Assembly: GCA_002633005.1 (NCBI GenBank)
Contig: NMRA01000507.1
Location: forward strand, 124,001-188,000
Source: Phoronis australis
Lineage: Eukaryota > Animalia > Phoronida
DNA length: 64,000 nt
Reading direction: 5' to 3'
Shown here: piece after piece, positions 10,623-23,689 of the stretch
Numbering within the stretch: position 1 is the first letter of the stretch
Layout: each line of letters begins with the position of its first letter
The notes under the pieces: model-generated
Seen by the model: the letters and a program-made list of their open reading frames with translations, nothing else
Told to the model about the DNA's origin: nothing
Databases searched by the model: none
Program-made: the position numbers and the translations under genes

Positions 10623-13600
10623 CAGGGGTACAAGTGTTCTTGTTCAATTAAACGGATTAATTGGAAGATTACTAACAAGATTTTAGAGAAGAGAATGTTT
10701 GTGTTTTAAACTCCGTATCATTCTGCGTTACATTGAATCAATGATCTGCGATACTCAATGAAACATGCCATTGGAAGTGTAAATGTACAAGGTACAAATA
10801 TGTCTTTGTTTCGTCATTGACTAATGTTTCTTGCACACCCGAACAATGCGTTAATTTAATTATCGGTGCATTGTCAAAGTATTGTCTTCGATCAATTACC
10901 ACAGGTGGAAAAGGGGGCGCTTTTTGTTCGCCAATTCTCTTCCACACTACAATGTAAGCGTGATTATAAAAGCGCACCATCGAGAATTAATTAGGGCGGG
11001 CTTAATGAACAAATCAATGTTAATTACTTTCATTACCTGAAAATGATCGAACAAACGGTCACAATGTAGCAGCATGTTGACTGCATGTCTCAACTTGATT
11101 GTTTTTAATTTGTAACAAGCCGTTGCAGTTGAAACAACGTATCTTCTTATGAGCCTAGCAAGGACAATCTACTGTAATCAATGAATAATCAGCATTAGGC
11201 ACACTGGGGTAAATCGAACACTCGAATCAAGAAATACTGAGGTAAGGTTTGATCTCAAGAGTCTAACGCTTAGGTCAGCATTGGAACTACAAACCAATGT
11301 GGTTGTCGATAGAGGTTGAACCATTCACGAGCGTTTGCACTTTCGCCCCAAAGCACAACGTTAGATGACTTGGCGACATTGATGCAAGCTATTTTACAGC
11401 GTAATGGCATTTATTAGAAAACAAAATGACTCGTCTTAATTCTCGAGAGAGTTCACTTTTTAAAGCCAAAGGACTAAATAGTCATTCACGAATGAGGCAG
11501 ATTAGAACTGTTCAATGAGCTCTGTAGAGTACGAGATACGATTGCGATGCACCCGAGCCATATGAACAAATATATGTAAATGACTGCTAAAAAGTTCGTT
11601 AGTTCCAAACAGACGTCGATCGTTTTTTAAGTAAAATAAAACATAACACACAACAAGCTTATGTGTTTGCTATCTTGTCCGTTAAAACGGCATAAAGCCC
11701 GGCGCGTTTTCTCCAAAAAGGGTTTTGATTCAGCCCCCCCCCCCTTACCGTTATAAAATTGGCCATATCTTTAATCAGTTTAGATATAATCGCTGGGCTC
11801 GGGAATCACCGACAGTTGATTCTTTAGAGGAAGCTCAAAACATTTCAGGTCACACTGTGACCTGAAATTTTCCTGTCACTTTTCGCGACGCCCTGAAGTC
11901 ACGTCAAATTTGTCTAAGAAACAAATTGAACCCAAATTTATAACAATAAGTAGCCTAAATCAAAACTTGTTTTTGGCAAATAGCATGGGTTCATTAATTC
12001 CACTTTAAGCTGACTAGCTACAGCTTAGGGGTTCTCCTCGTGATCAAGGCCTGCCTCTCGAAACTTGTGATATTATTGTGGCGAGCGGGGAAGGGAAACA
12101 CCAAAATTGTAGCGCTCAGTGGTTGAGGACCTGTTGCGGAGTGAATACCGTTGAAGAGACTAGGTCAAAATATCAGGGCCCCAGACTTACTATGCTTTAG
12201 AAGTAGCAAAAATGTACAGGGTGTCTCTATAGTATCATTGTGGTTACGACTAAATGGACACAAAAGGTCAGTTATTTTTGCCTCATGCAAATGTCGGGTC
12301 AAAATAGAACTTGTTTCTTGACCCTATTTGGATGTTTTTGCTCATCGTTCATTCAAACTTTACCATGGTCCTTTGTTAGTGCCATTCCGTGCTCTAATAA
12401 AAATGAATCGACAAATGTTCCGTTGGCATATAGTCTCGTTTAAGTGTCGTCTCCTTGGTCATAACCGTTTACCATTGCTCTGACACATATCAAGCCATTA
12501 AATAATTTAACCTAAAATGCTCACTGCTTTTTTAATGAGTTCTTTGCGGAAGCACTACTAAATAAATAATCGTTTAATTAACGCCACTGGCTTGATGTTT
12601 GTGGTCGAGTGTCTTCGACTTTAAAAAGTTCGAAGACCTTTGCTTTGATCAGCAAAATAATCGCACTCGATTAATTTATTTCACACGTGGCGGAAATAGA
12701 ACTGCGACTCAGTAATAGAAATTATAAATTCTCCCAGTTACCAGATTGATCTGTTATCTCTGAGTCATTTCAATCGACAGAATTGTTTACCTAAGTGGAG
12801 GAAATGAGAGTTCGGTCCACAAACAATTAAGTCCAATTCAGTTGTCAGAAACATCGTGATCAAAGTTATCGTGACTGTTGTTTGCTGCGGTTTGTTCGTC
12901 ATTCACGGTCATTTTTGAAAAGTTACGATTTGCAGCGTAATTTCGTGCAAACTGATGATCATGGCAATTTATAACATTTCCGCATCCATCGCGCGACGGT
13001 TAATTATTGGTTGAGTCATACCATTAGTTTTAGATAAAGTACAAATGTTGTGGAGAGATTGGTGCCCTCACGTATAGGACAGAATAAGAGAATTGCTTAT
13101 GAAAATTGAAGCTGGTCAGCATTTCAGTTGATCGATGCACGTTTACGTATTTGCTTTGGACACTCACAATTTTTCCACATCAAAAGTGGACTTGAGAGGT
13201 AAGGGGGGAGGGCAACTTCGTGCACTGACGAGCAAAGAATCACGACGGCTTACCATTTCCGTTTTTAAGTGTACCGCGAAAGTTTTTAACTTCAAAATTG
13301 TGGTCAACATCAAAATGCGCTTGTCCATGTGCAGTTACGTCATAATCTTTGATGGTGGCTTGAGGTCAAGTTGAAACGTAGGAAATGATGTACTTCAAAA
13401 ACTCAGTCGCTCTGCATGGCGGAATGCAGAATGGACCATGGACCTCTCTAGACGAAAATGAACGGTTGATGATTTAAAAACTGATCGACACGTTTCAAAA
13501 CTGGCGTTATGAGCTGATACGTTCGACTTCTTTTTAGTATCAGTGATACTGATACCAACTGTCATAACGTGTTTCGCGTCATCGTCGAGTTTACCTTGAA

Positions 13601-14624
13601 AGCGATTGACATAATGTTCGCGGTAATTAAGTGGTATTGTGTATTAACACCTTCAATTAACGGTAATTATTGCGTTGTGCAAGTACCGTAATTATCCCGA
13701 TAGTTTTCCTATAATTATATAATTAGTTACGAACACGATTAGACGTATCAATAGACCGTGTATTGTCAGCCTATGGGGTTTTCATAACATAGATATTGAG
13801 CATAGTCAAGCGCTCAGACTCACACCACACCGTCAAACGGTGACAGTTGTGTAAGTTTACGTGAAGTGGTTGACGGATATCGAACCAGGGTAATGTCGGT
13901 TCTTTGTTACTTGGACGTGTTTACAGATTCTTCAGATAAGGTAAACGTGAGTATCATCAAAGCTTCGTTTATTTGTTGGGACCAATCCGTTATAACTGGT
14001 TATGTACTAGGCAATAACTTGTTCCCGGTAGTCACCGTTCATTCACGTGTTTCCAAGGNNNNNNNNNNNNNNNNNNNTAACGACTTTCGACAACCAATCA
14101 CACTGCATACTGAGAATTTTTGAACAAGACATTTTTTGGGTGCTAAAATCATCTTACTGTTTTTTAGGGAAAGAAGTAACATTTGGCTTCTGAGTGTTTG
14201 CTCTGCAATTATGAATGAAAAGTTTAGCCGCCTACTACAAGTGTGTTTACGCGGCTTTCAAAAACTACTCGTGTTTACGTAGCTAAGTGTGTGGGTGTGT
14301 GTATTTGCATAAAATATTACTGTTTTCAATTGTTTTATAATAATTCATTTGTACAATGTTTACCTGTTGCCTAGATACATTTTTGTTAATTCCATTTCTG
14401 AGCAGTGAATGTTATCTGTAGTATTTACCAGTGAAATAAAATTTAAAAAATGGAAAGTTTACCTTTTAAAAATCCAATCCAATGCTTTGTGTTGTTGGCA
14501 GCGTGCATTGTACTTGCCAATTCTTCCGCACTTGAAATTTTCCCGCCATTCCGCCACATCATCAAAGTGTCCCGCTTTTTGACACAAAGCGACACTGACA
14601 TATCATCGTATACTACTGTAATTT

Positions 14625-15609
14625 CAGTGCCGGATTAAGCAATTGCGGGCCCTTAGCATTAGTGGAAGGGCGGGCACCCAATCAAATACTCATACAACGA
14701 TTATCTCAAAGCAAAAGTAAAACGTGAGTCATTTTCACTTTTGAGACAGAAAGACATTGTGACGAATTCTACACGATGATACGGTGTGTCTACTGGGCAA
14801 CGCTAGCTGTTGGTCGAATTGGGCGATTTTTGAAAACAATTTACACTGCAAGCTGTTGGTTGAATTGGGCGATTTTTGAAAACAATTTACACATTGCTAA
14901 TCAGGGACCCCACGCTTGTACCAATCATAATATCAAGAATACTACCCTTGTCAAAGAAATGCATTCGCGCAAATCTAGGTTTTGCAAATTTATTTTGTTT
15001 CTTAACAACCCCAATCACATTGTAAATTCGATGAATTCCTGGCGCCTTGGTGAGTCTGGACTTTTGGGAGCTAGTGTTTTTTGAGTGCAAGCTTAGCTTT
15101 GAACAGCACACAATAGGGCCGTCCCGGATTACACAGCGACACTCAAATCTCGCTGTATTTACCCACAATGCCGTAAACATCCGTCAGGCACATTTGTTGC
15201 CTCGTTTTTGTGCCATAAGAGCTTCACATTGCTGTTGTCTGATTCTTTGCAAGTTTTTCTCGATTGTGTTATTCTATTCGTCCTTCCAATGCCAACGAAG
15301 TATTACTGCTGTGCTGTGGGCTGCAACCCCGACGTGAGAAAGTTTGATAAACTGGACAAACACCCGTGGATGTGTGATGTGAAAGTTTTCGCCATCCCAA
15401 CATCAATAAGAGGCACGAAAATGCGCCTGATTTCCAAAACGAGGTCACGCGCTTTCTATCTCCAAGACAAAGGAGAGTTCTATCGCCGGGAACTCCGGAA
15501 CGGCCTTAAACATCGCTAACTCAGTGGTGCCTTGCTCCCTTGAATCTATACATATTGAAAATGGCGGGGCCCCCACACAAACTTCTGCTATGTTGTTAAT
15601 CCGGCACTG
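14625..15609. mobile_element. hAT-like non-autonomous element hosting a nested THAP-bearing MITE
   Basis: Perfect 14 bp TIR cagtgccggattaa ... ttaatccggcactg, with direct repeat gtaattt on both flanks (7-8 bp TSD). There is an internal ~45 bp tandem duplication at ~14806-14890. Confidence 0.85.
15115..15507 (+). mobile_element. Second copy of the THAP-start MITE (homologous to 864-1270)
   Basis: Left TIR agggccgtcccggattac and degenerate right TIR ctccggaacggcctt. It encodes MPTKYYCCAVGCNPDVRKFDKLDKHPWMCDVKVFAIPT (CxxxC start then an F-x-x-P motif, THAP-like). Confidence 0.85.
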
Positions 15610-17391
15610 GTAATTTCCCACGCGACATAGAACTATTATCCCTTTCGACTAAAAGAAAAAACTGGACGTTTCATGGCTTTTTGGGGCACCCACAATTGCC
15701 CATTCGATAAAAAACGCCATCTAGCTCCTATGGGTGAAACATCCCCCGTTCGACAAAAAACGGTGTCAAAACGTTTTTGTGTGTTAATGTTGCGGCGACC
15801 ATTTCGCCCTTGCGTTTTGGCATAGACCTAGATGTCCCGCTTTTTACCCGGAAGTACCTCTTTTCAATGCAGTTGTCTAGTTTTTTCATTCTCGAATGTT
15901 GGCAACTATGGAACAGGTGTTCATTTGTCTGTTCGTCATGATATTATTTTCCAGAGTTCACTTTCTCTAGTAACATAATCGGAAAAATGTGTTACCTACG
16001 GTAACCCACGCTGCATGTATCAGGATCATTAATTTTTACTTTCTTAAGAAATGAGTTTATTTATAAACTACTATGAAAAGTCCTTCACTGCAACCTATGT
16101 AATAATTTATCCAAAATACATTTAAAACCTTCACAATAAATATTTGCAAATTTTCTATCTATCAGAAAGTCTTTACCTGCAAATTTCGGATAGGTAGTTG
16201 GAGTAATTAGTTTTAAATTATCACATTTTTGTAAATGTCACTGCACACTGAATTTTTTCTGAAGAACTGTATCAAACGACACCAAATGTCCAATTAATAT
16301 ATAAAGATGTATAGTTTTGGATGAATGCCTGACTAAATTTGTCACAGCAACTGCGAGGGACCCATATTTTAAAATCTTTGTCTTGATAGGGTAAAAATCT
16401 TTTGAATTAGTGAAATTATTTCCCTGGCCGCTTGACTAGTCATTTATGTAACCTCTCTGGTCCATTTCCTTTTTATATGACTATTAAACCTGTAAGGTAT
16501 GCGAAACGATGACTATTTATGAATTTTAATTCATTTGCTTCTGCAATAACCATACCCCATAAGAACTAGTGAACATGTTTCTAATGATATGATCTGATGC
16601 AATTCGGCTGAAAAACGGCGGAGTTGCGAAAAGTTTTAGTGACATTAAATTCCATAGCAATAACTAGCACCGGAACAAACCAATGCAAACAAATGTCACG
16701 CATGCGTGGCGCAACCTCACCAGCACGAGACTGAAGTTTACTTAGTAGGCATTGAATGCTTAAGAGTTCTATGCAGTGACCGATTTGAAGCTTCGCGCGA
16801 GTTCTCACCGCTCACAACGACATCTGTAGGACGCAACAAGGGACGAACATCCTCTCTGTCATGAATTGGACAGAAGATCGTTCCCAAGACCCGATTTGAC
16901 CCTTATATGACTTTTTACATTTGTTCAATGTCGAGTAATTGTTATTGTCGGCAATCAAGGATCGGCATGCACGAAGTCGAGGCAACATTAATGAAAACCC
17001 GGCGGGTTATCTCATAATTATTAGAAGCAGCTGACTCACGAACTTGTAATAAACGTGATATATTTTTAGAGAAGATATCTATCCAAACAGTGAACGACAA
17101 ATATTGGAAGTGCAACATATTATTTATACTGTTCCGAGTGTAACATAAATTACAAAACACCAATTGCTTAAAACACGCCCACAAGTATATGAAACTAACA
17201 ATTTCAAGGATCAGAAAATATTTTTGTAGCTGTTTTGTTATTACATTTAGTTACAAGCAACCGGGTTAGCACGTCTGCACAGTTATCCAAATATCGAGAA
17301 ACCATAGAGTTAATGCAGTAAAACTGTCCTTTTTATCAATGTTTTTTGTTTTGTTTTATCGCTATCGTAAAACAGAAACCCATAAAATTTG

Positions 17392-17483
17392 GTTTCTCTT
17401 TCTCCCTCCCTTTGTCGCTCGCCCTCACTCTATCGTTGCCCCCAGCTCCCTTCCTCCTTCGTCCCCTCCCTCCTCCCCTCCCC
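17392..17483. repeat. C/T-rich low-complexity tract (G-rich on - strand)
   Basis: tttctctttctccctccc ... cccctccctcctcccctcccc. Confidence 0.7.
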
Positions 17484-18638
17484 AATCTACATCCCAGGCA
17501 GTTTTTGTACTATCCAAGTACGCACACGCGTGACAGTTAATTAACATGCGGCAAGTATTGAGCCGAGCTCGTAAATTAAATTAAAAAATATCCACTCCCA
17601 GGAGCTCCCTTTGTAAGTTCCACAGTTGAATATTCCCGGTTCAAGCCACAAATATATTTATCGAATAAACATGTCACGTGGACGAAAGGTCATGAACTGA
17701 TTTATAAAACGCAGTTATCTATATGACCTAAGTGTTAACAAAAATGCATGGTTTAGAATTTCCCTAAAAAAATTGAGAAAGAAAGCCACTAAATTGAACG
17801 CACGTGGTTTCTGAATTTATTCATTTTAAGGATAAAACCCACTCGTCGATTATATACTAATATGTAAATTGATACTCTAAAATTTTGAGAAATTTAATAC
17901 TTCAAAAAACGGTTAAGAGCAACAAGGCATACAGACGATACCAATGTAACCTAAGTCGACTGTGGTAATGACTGTAACAAGAATTCAATTAATCGCTGGT
18001 TGCCGAATACCGAACAGGTGTATTTTCGAGGTATGATGTGAAAAGCACTCGCCAGCAAGATATTAATTTGATAAGACTTATTAATGGAAGGGGTGCGTAT
18101 ATACAGGTTGGCTGACGATATGAGACTAGTGGATAATGGACTATCAATGAATAGTCGAACACTCCTTCAAGCTGGCTACATACTATTATTAGCATAATCT
18201 GACGTAAATCTTGTTTCATAAAGTTGTAAGAAATATGTTTTGGTGCAGAGTTCGCATGACGGTGTTATATATAGCGAGGAAATTGCAAATTACCGCGAAT
18301 TGTTTTGATGGAAACTAACACGTGATTCAGAAGTAAACTGCAGCAATAGAATTACTTCGCTCAATTGTTTTACACACATCAACGTGGGAATGTTGTCTTT
18401 TTGAAGCCGCTTTGGTCAAATTTGGCATCTTTTATTAACGATCCATTGTATTTCGAACTTTGTAGTCGTTTTCTGTAACTGCGGAATTATGATAAAGATT
18501 ACAAATCTTCGTACACGTGACTGCCAATATTGTGTGGCTGATGAACAAGACACTGGTCTTAGCCAAATATCCACAAAATTATAGAAATTGACTCCGCAAA
18601 GTATAAGTTTTGTGAAAGTAGGAAGTCTGTAGACAATG

Positions 18639-18713
18639 ATCTTTAAATTAATATTAATCCATCTTTAACTTAATATTAATCCATCTTTAACTTAATATAA
18701 ATCCATCTTTAAC
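18639..18713. repeat. 22-bp minisatellite, ~3.4 copies (ttaatattaatccatctttaac)
   Basis: Directly visible near-perfect tandem copies. Confidence 0.9.
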
Positions 18714-20566
18714 AGGATCAAATGGACATTTTTAAAGTAAAATTTAACAAAAAAGAATGGTGCATTCATAGCAAAACTATTTTTGAAACACAAAAGACCA
18801 TGAAGTTTGCTTGAAACTGTCACTCATCTCTTTGCTTGTAGGTAATTGTCTCTTGCTTTCCTACAGCTTACGAAAGATTAAAAAGATGGGTTAAATTTTG
18901 AATTTTGTATAAATTGAGTTTAAGACACATATGAGAATTACATTGAGTATGGTAAAATAAATCACAAACGAATCTGCTACCTCTTTTCATTTCCTAGAGC
19001 CTGAACCCGAATACAAGATTATGACGAAAAGTTTCCAAACTTGATGGAGAATTTGTGAGCAATAAATGATCAAATTCATCTACCGAATTGAGAAAAGAAA
19101 TGTGCGGAAATGTATAATTGTGCTGTTACAAATCAGCGCGTTGATGTAATATTAGCAAGAATTACCCGGAAGGAGCAGAGAAGTTTTCAGACTTAACTAT
19201 AAGTCACGTGATGTGACCAACGCGGCGGTATGAAGACTAATAACTCGTACTGTACAAAAATAATTTTGAGTCCACCTGCCATATACTTCAAATAAAGAGA
19301 AAAGCTTTTATTTTTTTTCCATGTAGTGTTGAACGACTTAATGAAAGAACTCAACGCGTAACATATTTGCTCCACCTGTAGGGAGCTTTTGGGACAGGAG
19401 ATTTCATATCCATATGGATATTTTTGTGTTTTGTGTGATTTTATCTATCTGTGCACCTCAATTAATTGGTTAAGCAAAAGTTGACAATACTCACCCACGC
19501 GGAACTTACTCCTTAGTTTTTCTCGAATGTTTCGTACATTTACAGTACATGAGAGCAAACTCTTAATTTGGAATAAAGGAGCCGGCGCGTGAGTATAAAT
19601 ACACACGTTATATATAAAAGTCCATAACAGCAAAAACAACATGCCGCAGCTTTTTACATGCAGAAGTATCATCTGCGGTATTCTGCGCGACAGAATGAAT
19701 ACATTCTTACCTTACAAACTTTCAGCTATTAGCCCTGATAAAGGTGTGATCGTCAAGAAATGATAATTTTTGTTCATTATTCTATCATTACTTCGGTATG
19801 TGTCATCGCGCGCAAAAGAAATTATTAAGATCTTGCCAATAGGGGCAAAACGTCCGTAAATGAACAGTAGCACATCTTTTTTGAAATTTCACTATATTGA
19901 TCTCATAAGCATTTGATCTTTCCAGGTTCGCTGTTATGGGTCTGTCACTGTACCGAGAATTTCGGTTAGTAAGAACCCCGGGATATATTCGGAAAGCGGT
20001 GCCCCTAAAATAAAGTCGAGGGCACTCTTGGTGACAGGGGGGCCTATGAATGGAAAACGCATCATAAAATAAGTTGCGATTGTTGTTTGCTTAGCTGCAA
20101 AAGTATTCCCAAAATCCCAATGAAATGTGAAGCATACAGGTAACTATAAGCATTTTACGTAGCGGCTATAAATTAACCCACATCCCGTCCAAGAAACTAT
20201 TACCTAAGTGAATTACCGCTACACAATTGGTTTCGACTTGTTCCTTACTTATTTGAGAAGTGATTTTTGGTCTTGCAAAAATGAAAGTTAGTTACTGCTT
20301 GAGACCATGCTCAATTTGAAAAAGCCTGGTCCCAAGCAATAACAAGCGGCAGTTCTTTTCAAGTCCAAAGTAGGCCAAAGTGGTCAAATTCAAAAGTTGT
20401 GACGGAAGACGGGTTCGTTGTTGTAGCTTTTAACCTGTCGGCTGTAAACAAAGCTGTCGTTAATCCGACGGCATGCTCTTCAACCATGTTAACAGTGAAT
20501 GAACAATAACTCGCAGTATCAATAGCTGAGATCGCCCGGAGTTCTACCGCTCGATGTCTTTCATTT

Positions 20567-20918
20567 GGTCACGTGACTCCACGTCACGTGTCGATTTCAC
20601 TGATGAGGGATCGTCACTCTGTGTTCTCGCCGTCAGTCGCAGCGGACGTGTTTAGATAAGTTCTGACCAGATCTCGGTGCAAGTGCGTTGGATTGAGGAC
20701 ACCGTTTTTCTTAATTAAAGTCAAGCAGTGAGTCCGCATGAGACGTAGACAGATTTAATTTTATTTTGATAAATTCAAATGCACTTTGTACAACTCCAGC
20801 TGTAACAAATTTAATAATCATTGTCCATGCGGGTTTATGTATATTGAGATGATCTACAGAATTCAGCAAGATTTTATCTCGAGTATTCAAGGCAGGTGGA
20901 TAGAATAGTTTCTCGGAG
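20567..20918 (+). promoter_or_regulatory. Candidate promoter and non-coding first exon of the aristaless/Arx gene
   Basis: E-box cluster ggtcacgtgactccacgtcacgtg (20567-20590), Inr-like tcagtc at 20633 and consensus donor gag|gtaagt at 20918/20919. A matching unused acceptor tttgttatttttcag lies at 23437, upstream of the ATG. Confidence 0.3.
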
Positions 20919-21497
20919 GTAAGTTGTGACTTTATAGATTCTAGTTCATAAGAAAATAAACCGAATTTGACCGTTTGTCATTTATAAATGAGACTAGAAA
21001 AGCACACACCTACTACACGTTTTCATATAAAGAGACGTTGTCAAAAGAAACTTCTAGGTGAAGGAAAAATTAAGAGTGGACCATCAGTAAAATAACTTGA
21101 GTTGACTTTTTACAATTACGTTATTACATGGATGAAACCAGATCCGTTTTTAGTCTGAAAGGACTTAATTACAAAATTCGTCGTGATTCTAAGATGGTAA
21201 ATATTTTACTCTGTTTTACTTCGTTTACTTTTCATTTTTTTGCAAGGAAATGAGACTATGCGATCTGGACACCGACACTGTTTTATTGTTTGAGTTTTGC
21301 TATGAAGGACCACAGCGACACCAGAATGTTGCTTACTGTTCCGCTGTCTTTAGAGACTCTCGCCTAATTGTTATTTGCATAATCTCACTTTAAAATAAAT
21401 AGAGATGCTGTTTATCTAAATACGAAGTGTTTCAAGATTACTTTCTGTTTTGGAACACGTGATTAAAAGAACTAAAAGTGCAAACAACTGACGACAA

Positions 21498-21644
21498 CAG
21501 GGGTGGATCCAAGATTTTGAGTTGGGGGGAGGGGGAAGAGTATTAGCCCGGATTTCGCCAGTCAGACAGTCGCACCCCCAAAGTGCCAAATGGAATATGG
21601 GAGAATTTTAAGGGGGGGGGGGTGGCCCCCTAAGTCCGTTACTG
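21498..21644. mobile_element. ~150 bp hAT-like MITE, family copy 2 (inverted relative to 6302-6451)
   Basis: caggggtggatccaagattttgagttgggggg ... ccccctaagtccgttactg aligns along its length to the reverse complement of 6302-6451. Confidence 0.8.
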
Positions 21645-23689
21645 GGCAATGAAGATTGTTTTCTGGACAACAAAACATTTAGAATTAGTGAAGCATTTAT
21701 TTTTTTGACCAGCTGTAAAGAGAAATATGCTTTCAGTTGCAGGCAGGTAAGCAGTAAGCATGCTACGCTTTAAGCAGCCCCAAACCACGTTCTGGTTTTA
21801 GAAACATTGACTTTCGTTACAGGGCTATGTGATCTTCCCAAGTACCGTCATCACCGTTGTATCCTGTATTTATAAATTGAAATCGGTTTTAAAAAGTCGC
21901 CCGGAATAACCCTAATGGTCAAACTGTTTTGGCCACTGCAACTATCCGCCTTGACAAGCAAATTAACCGGTTGATCTGAGGAAATAACGAGCAGCTTAAA
22001 GTCTATAAATTATTTCTAATCCGAGTAAAAACAAGATGGAGACCAACTTTATATCAATACGAAGTCTAAATCAAAACTTGTTTTTGGCAGAACGTCCTAA
22101 ACAGCTATAAAACATTATTTTGAACAGTGATTATTCATCATGTGTCAGATAAAGTGAAATAAAACACCGAATCTCCAGATTGCGATTCTTACTTAGGGCA
22201 CATAGTCATTTTATCCAGTGTAAGAATGACGAGATGTAGGCTTTCGAATATAGCTCGAAGAAACTGGCTGGACTAATTTTGGTTACGTCACTTCCTGTTT
22301 AGTTAGATGAAATAGGAAATGGACCTTTTACGCTCTGTTTAAAAATCGACCTCATAATATTGTTTATTATTATAGAATCCCATTTCTATTACCAACTAAA
22401 TACGTCGCAGGCTATGCCGTAAATGCGCCGTTTTCGAATTTGCAATGTTAGCTTCGGCCATGCATCCCCGATAGACCCTGGAGCGTTTTACCGAGTAGAT
22501 GATGGTTTCGATGTTCTTGTAAATGGTAGCGGGAATAGATTCCTATCACTGTAAGGAATATCATAAGTCCGAGTTTATGACAGAAAAAGGCTTAATTCGA
22601 TTTTCGTTTTGATCCAGCTAAACAGGGCGAAAGGCAGATTTTAAGTAAAACGCCTGTAACGATCTAATTTACGCGCTTTAAAAATTACATAAAAAGTTCT
22701 TAGTCAACGTCTTGGACGATAATGGAGTAACTTGTCGTTAGTATTAATCGAAACACCTGTTGCTTCATACTGCTTTTATGAGCAAATATTTAATAATACC
22801 GTATTCCTCGACCAGAGGAGACGAGTGCGTAACGAGAAATGTTCGTAAATGCAAAGTCTTGTCGAGTTGAAGGAATCTGTTTTGATTTTAATCCCTCCGT
22901 ACGCTTTATTGTTCTCCCAACATTCCTCCAATTTGGCGCCGTGTTATTGTTGCACCTTCATTAAAACATGTTTGCCGTTAATGTATTTATATAGCGATAT
23001 ATCATATTTGTGACCTGAATGATTCCAATAATGGCTGCCAATGAGACCCGATTGATATACAATTACGGTCAATAGTAATATAATTTGGACGGTTAACGTT
23101 AGTGTGATCTCAATTGATATCAGTTTGTTATTTTTAATGTGTTGTGTGTACACTGGCGCGGTTTACACAACCAGTGTTTCAATCCCATGCACGAAAGCAA
23201 ACGTAGTGAGACAGAATCTACCACGGAATGTCCTCTGTCGGCTAATAGGTATTTGTTAATTGAATAATGACATGAATGAATTTTAATTATTCCTTGTGTA
23301 ACTGGCATACTGAAACAACATGCTGAGCCAACACCTCGCCGGCTGAATCCATGTAATTATTTATTCAGCAACAAAAGGTCCGTCGTGTAATGGCCTCTAA
23401 TTTAATTTGATAAGTCGTCATATTTGTTATTTTTCAGATTAGGCAAATTTACCAAGCCCTGGGGCAGAGAAAGACTGCCGAAGAATAGCCGAGGATCCAA
23501 ATAGTAGCCAAGCAAAGAGTTGTCGATGATCCCCAGAAAAGCTGATGACAACAAGAGTGCTTATCAGAATACCTGATTATCTCCATTACAGCACACCTAT
23601 TTCAGGGCGCTGTGGTAAATGTAGTGCGTTGTCATAGTTGCGCTTGCAGTTTCTAAATCGAAGGGGAAAAATAGGAAATCCAAGTCGTT

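Noticed and set aside
12000-12150. tRNA/SINE-like A-box (tagcgctcagtggttga)
   Set aside because: No B-box (GTTCGA) or cloverleaf at the proper distance.
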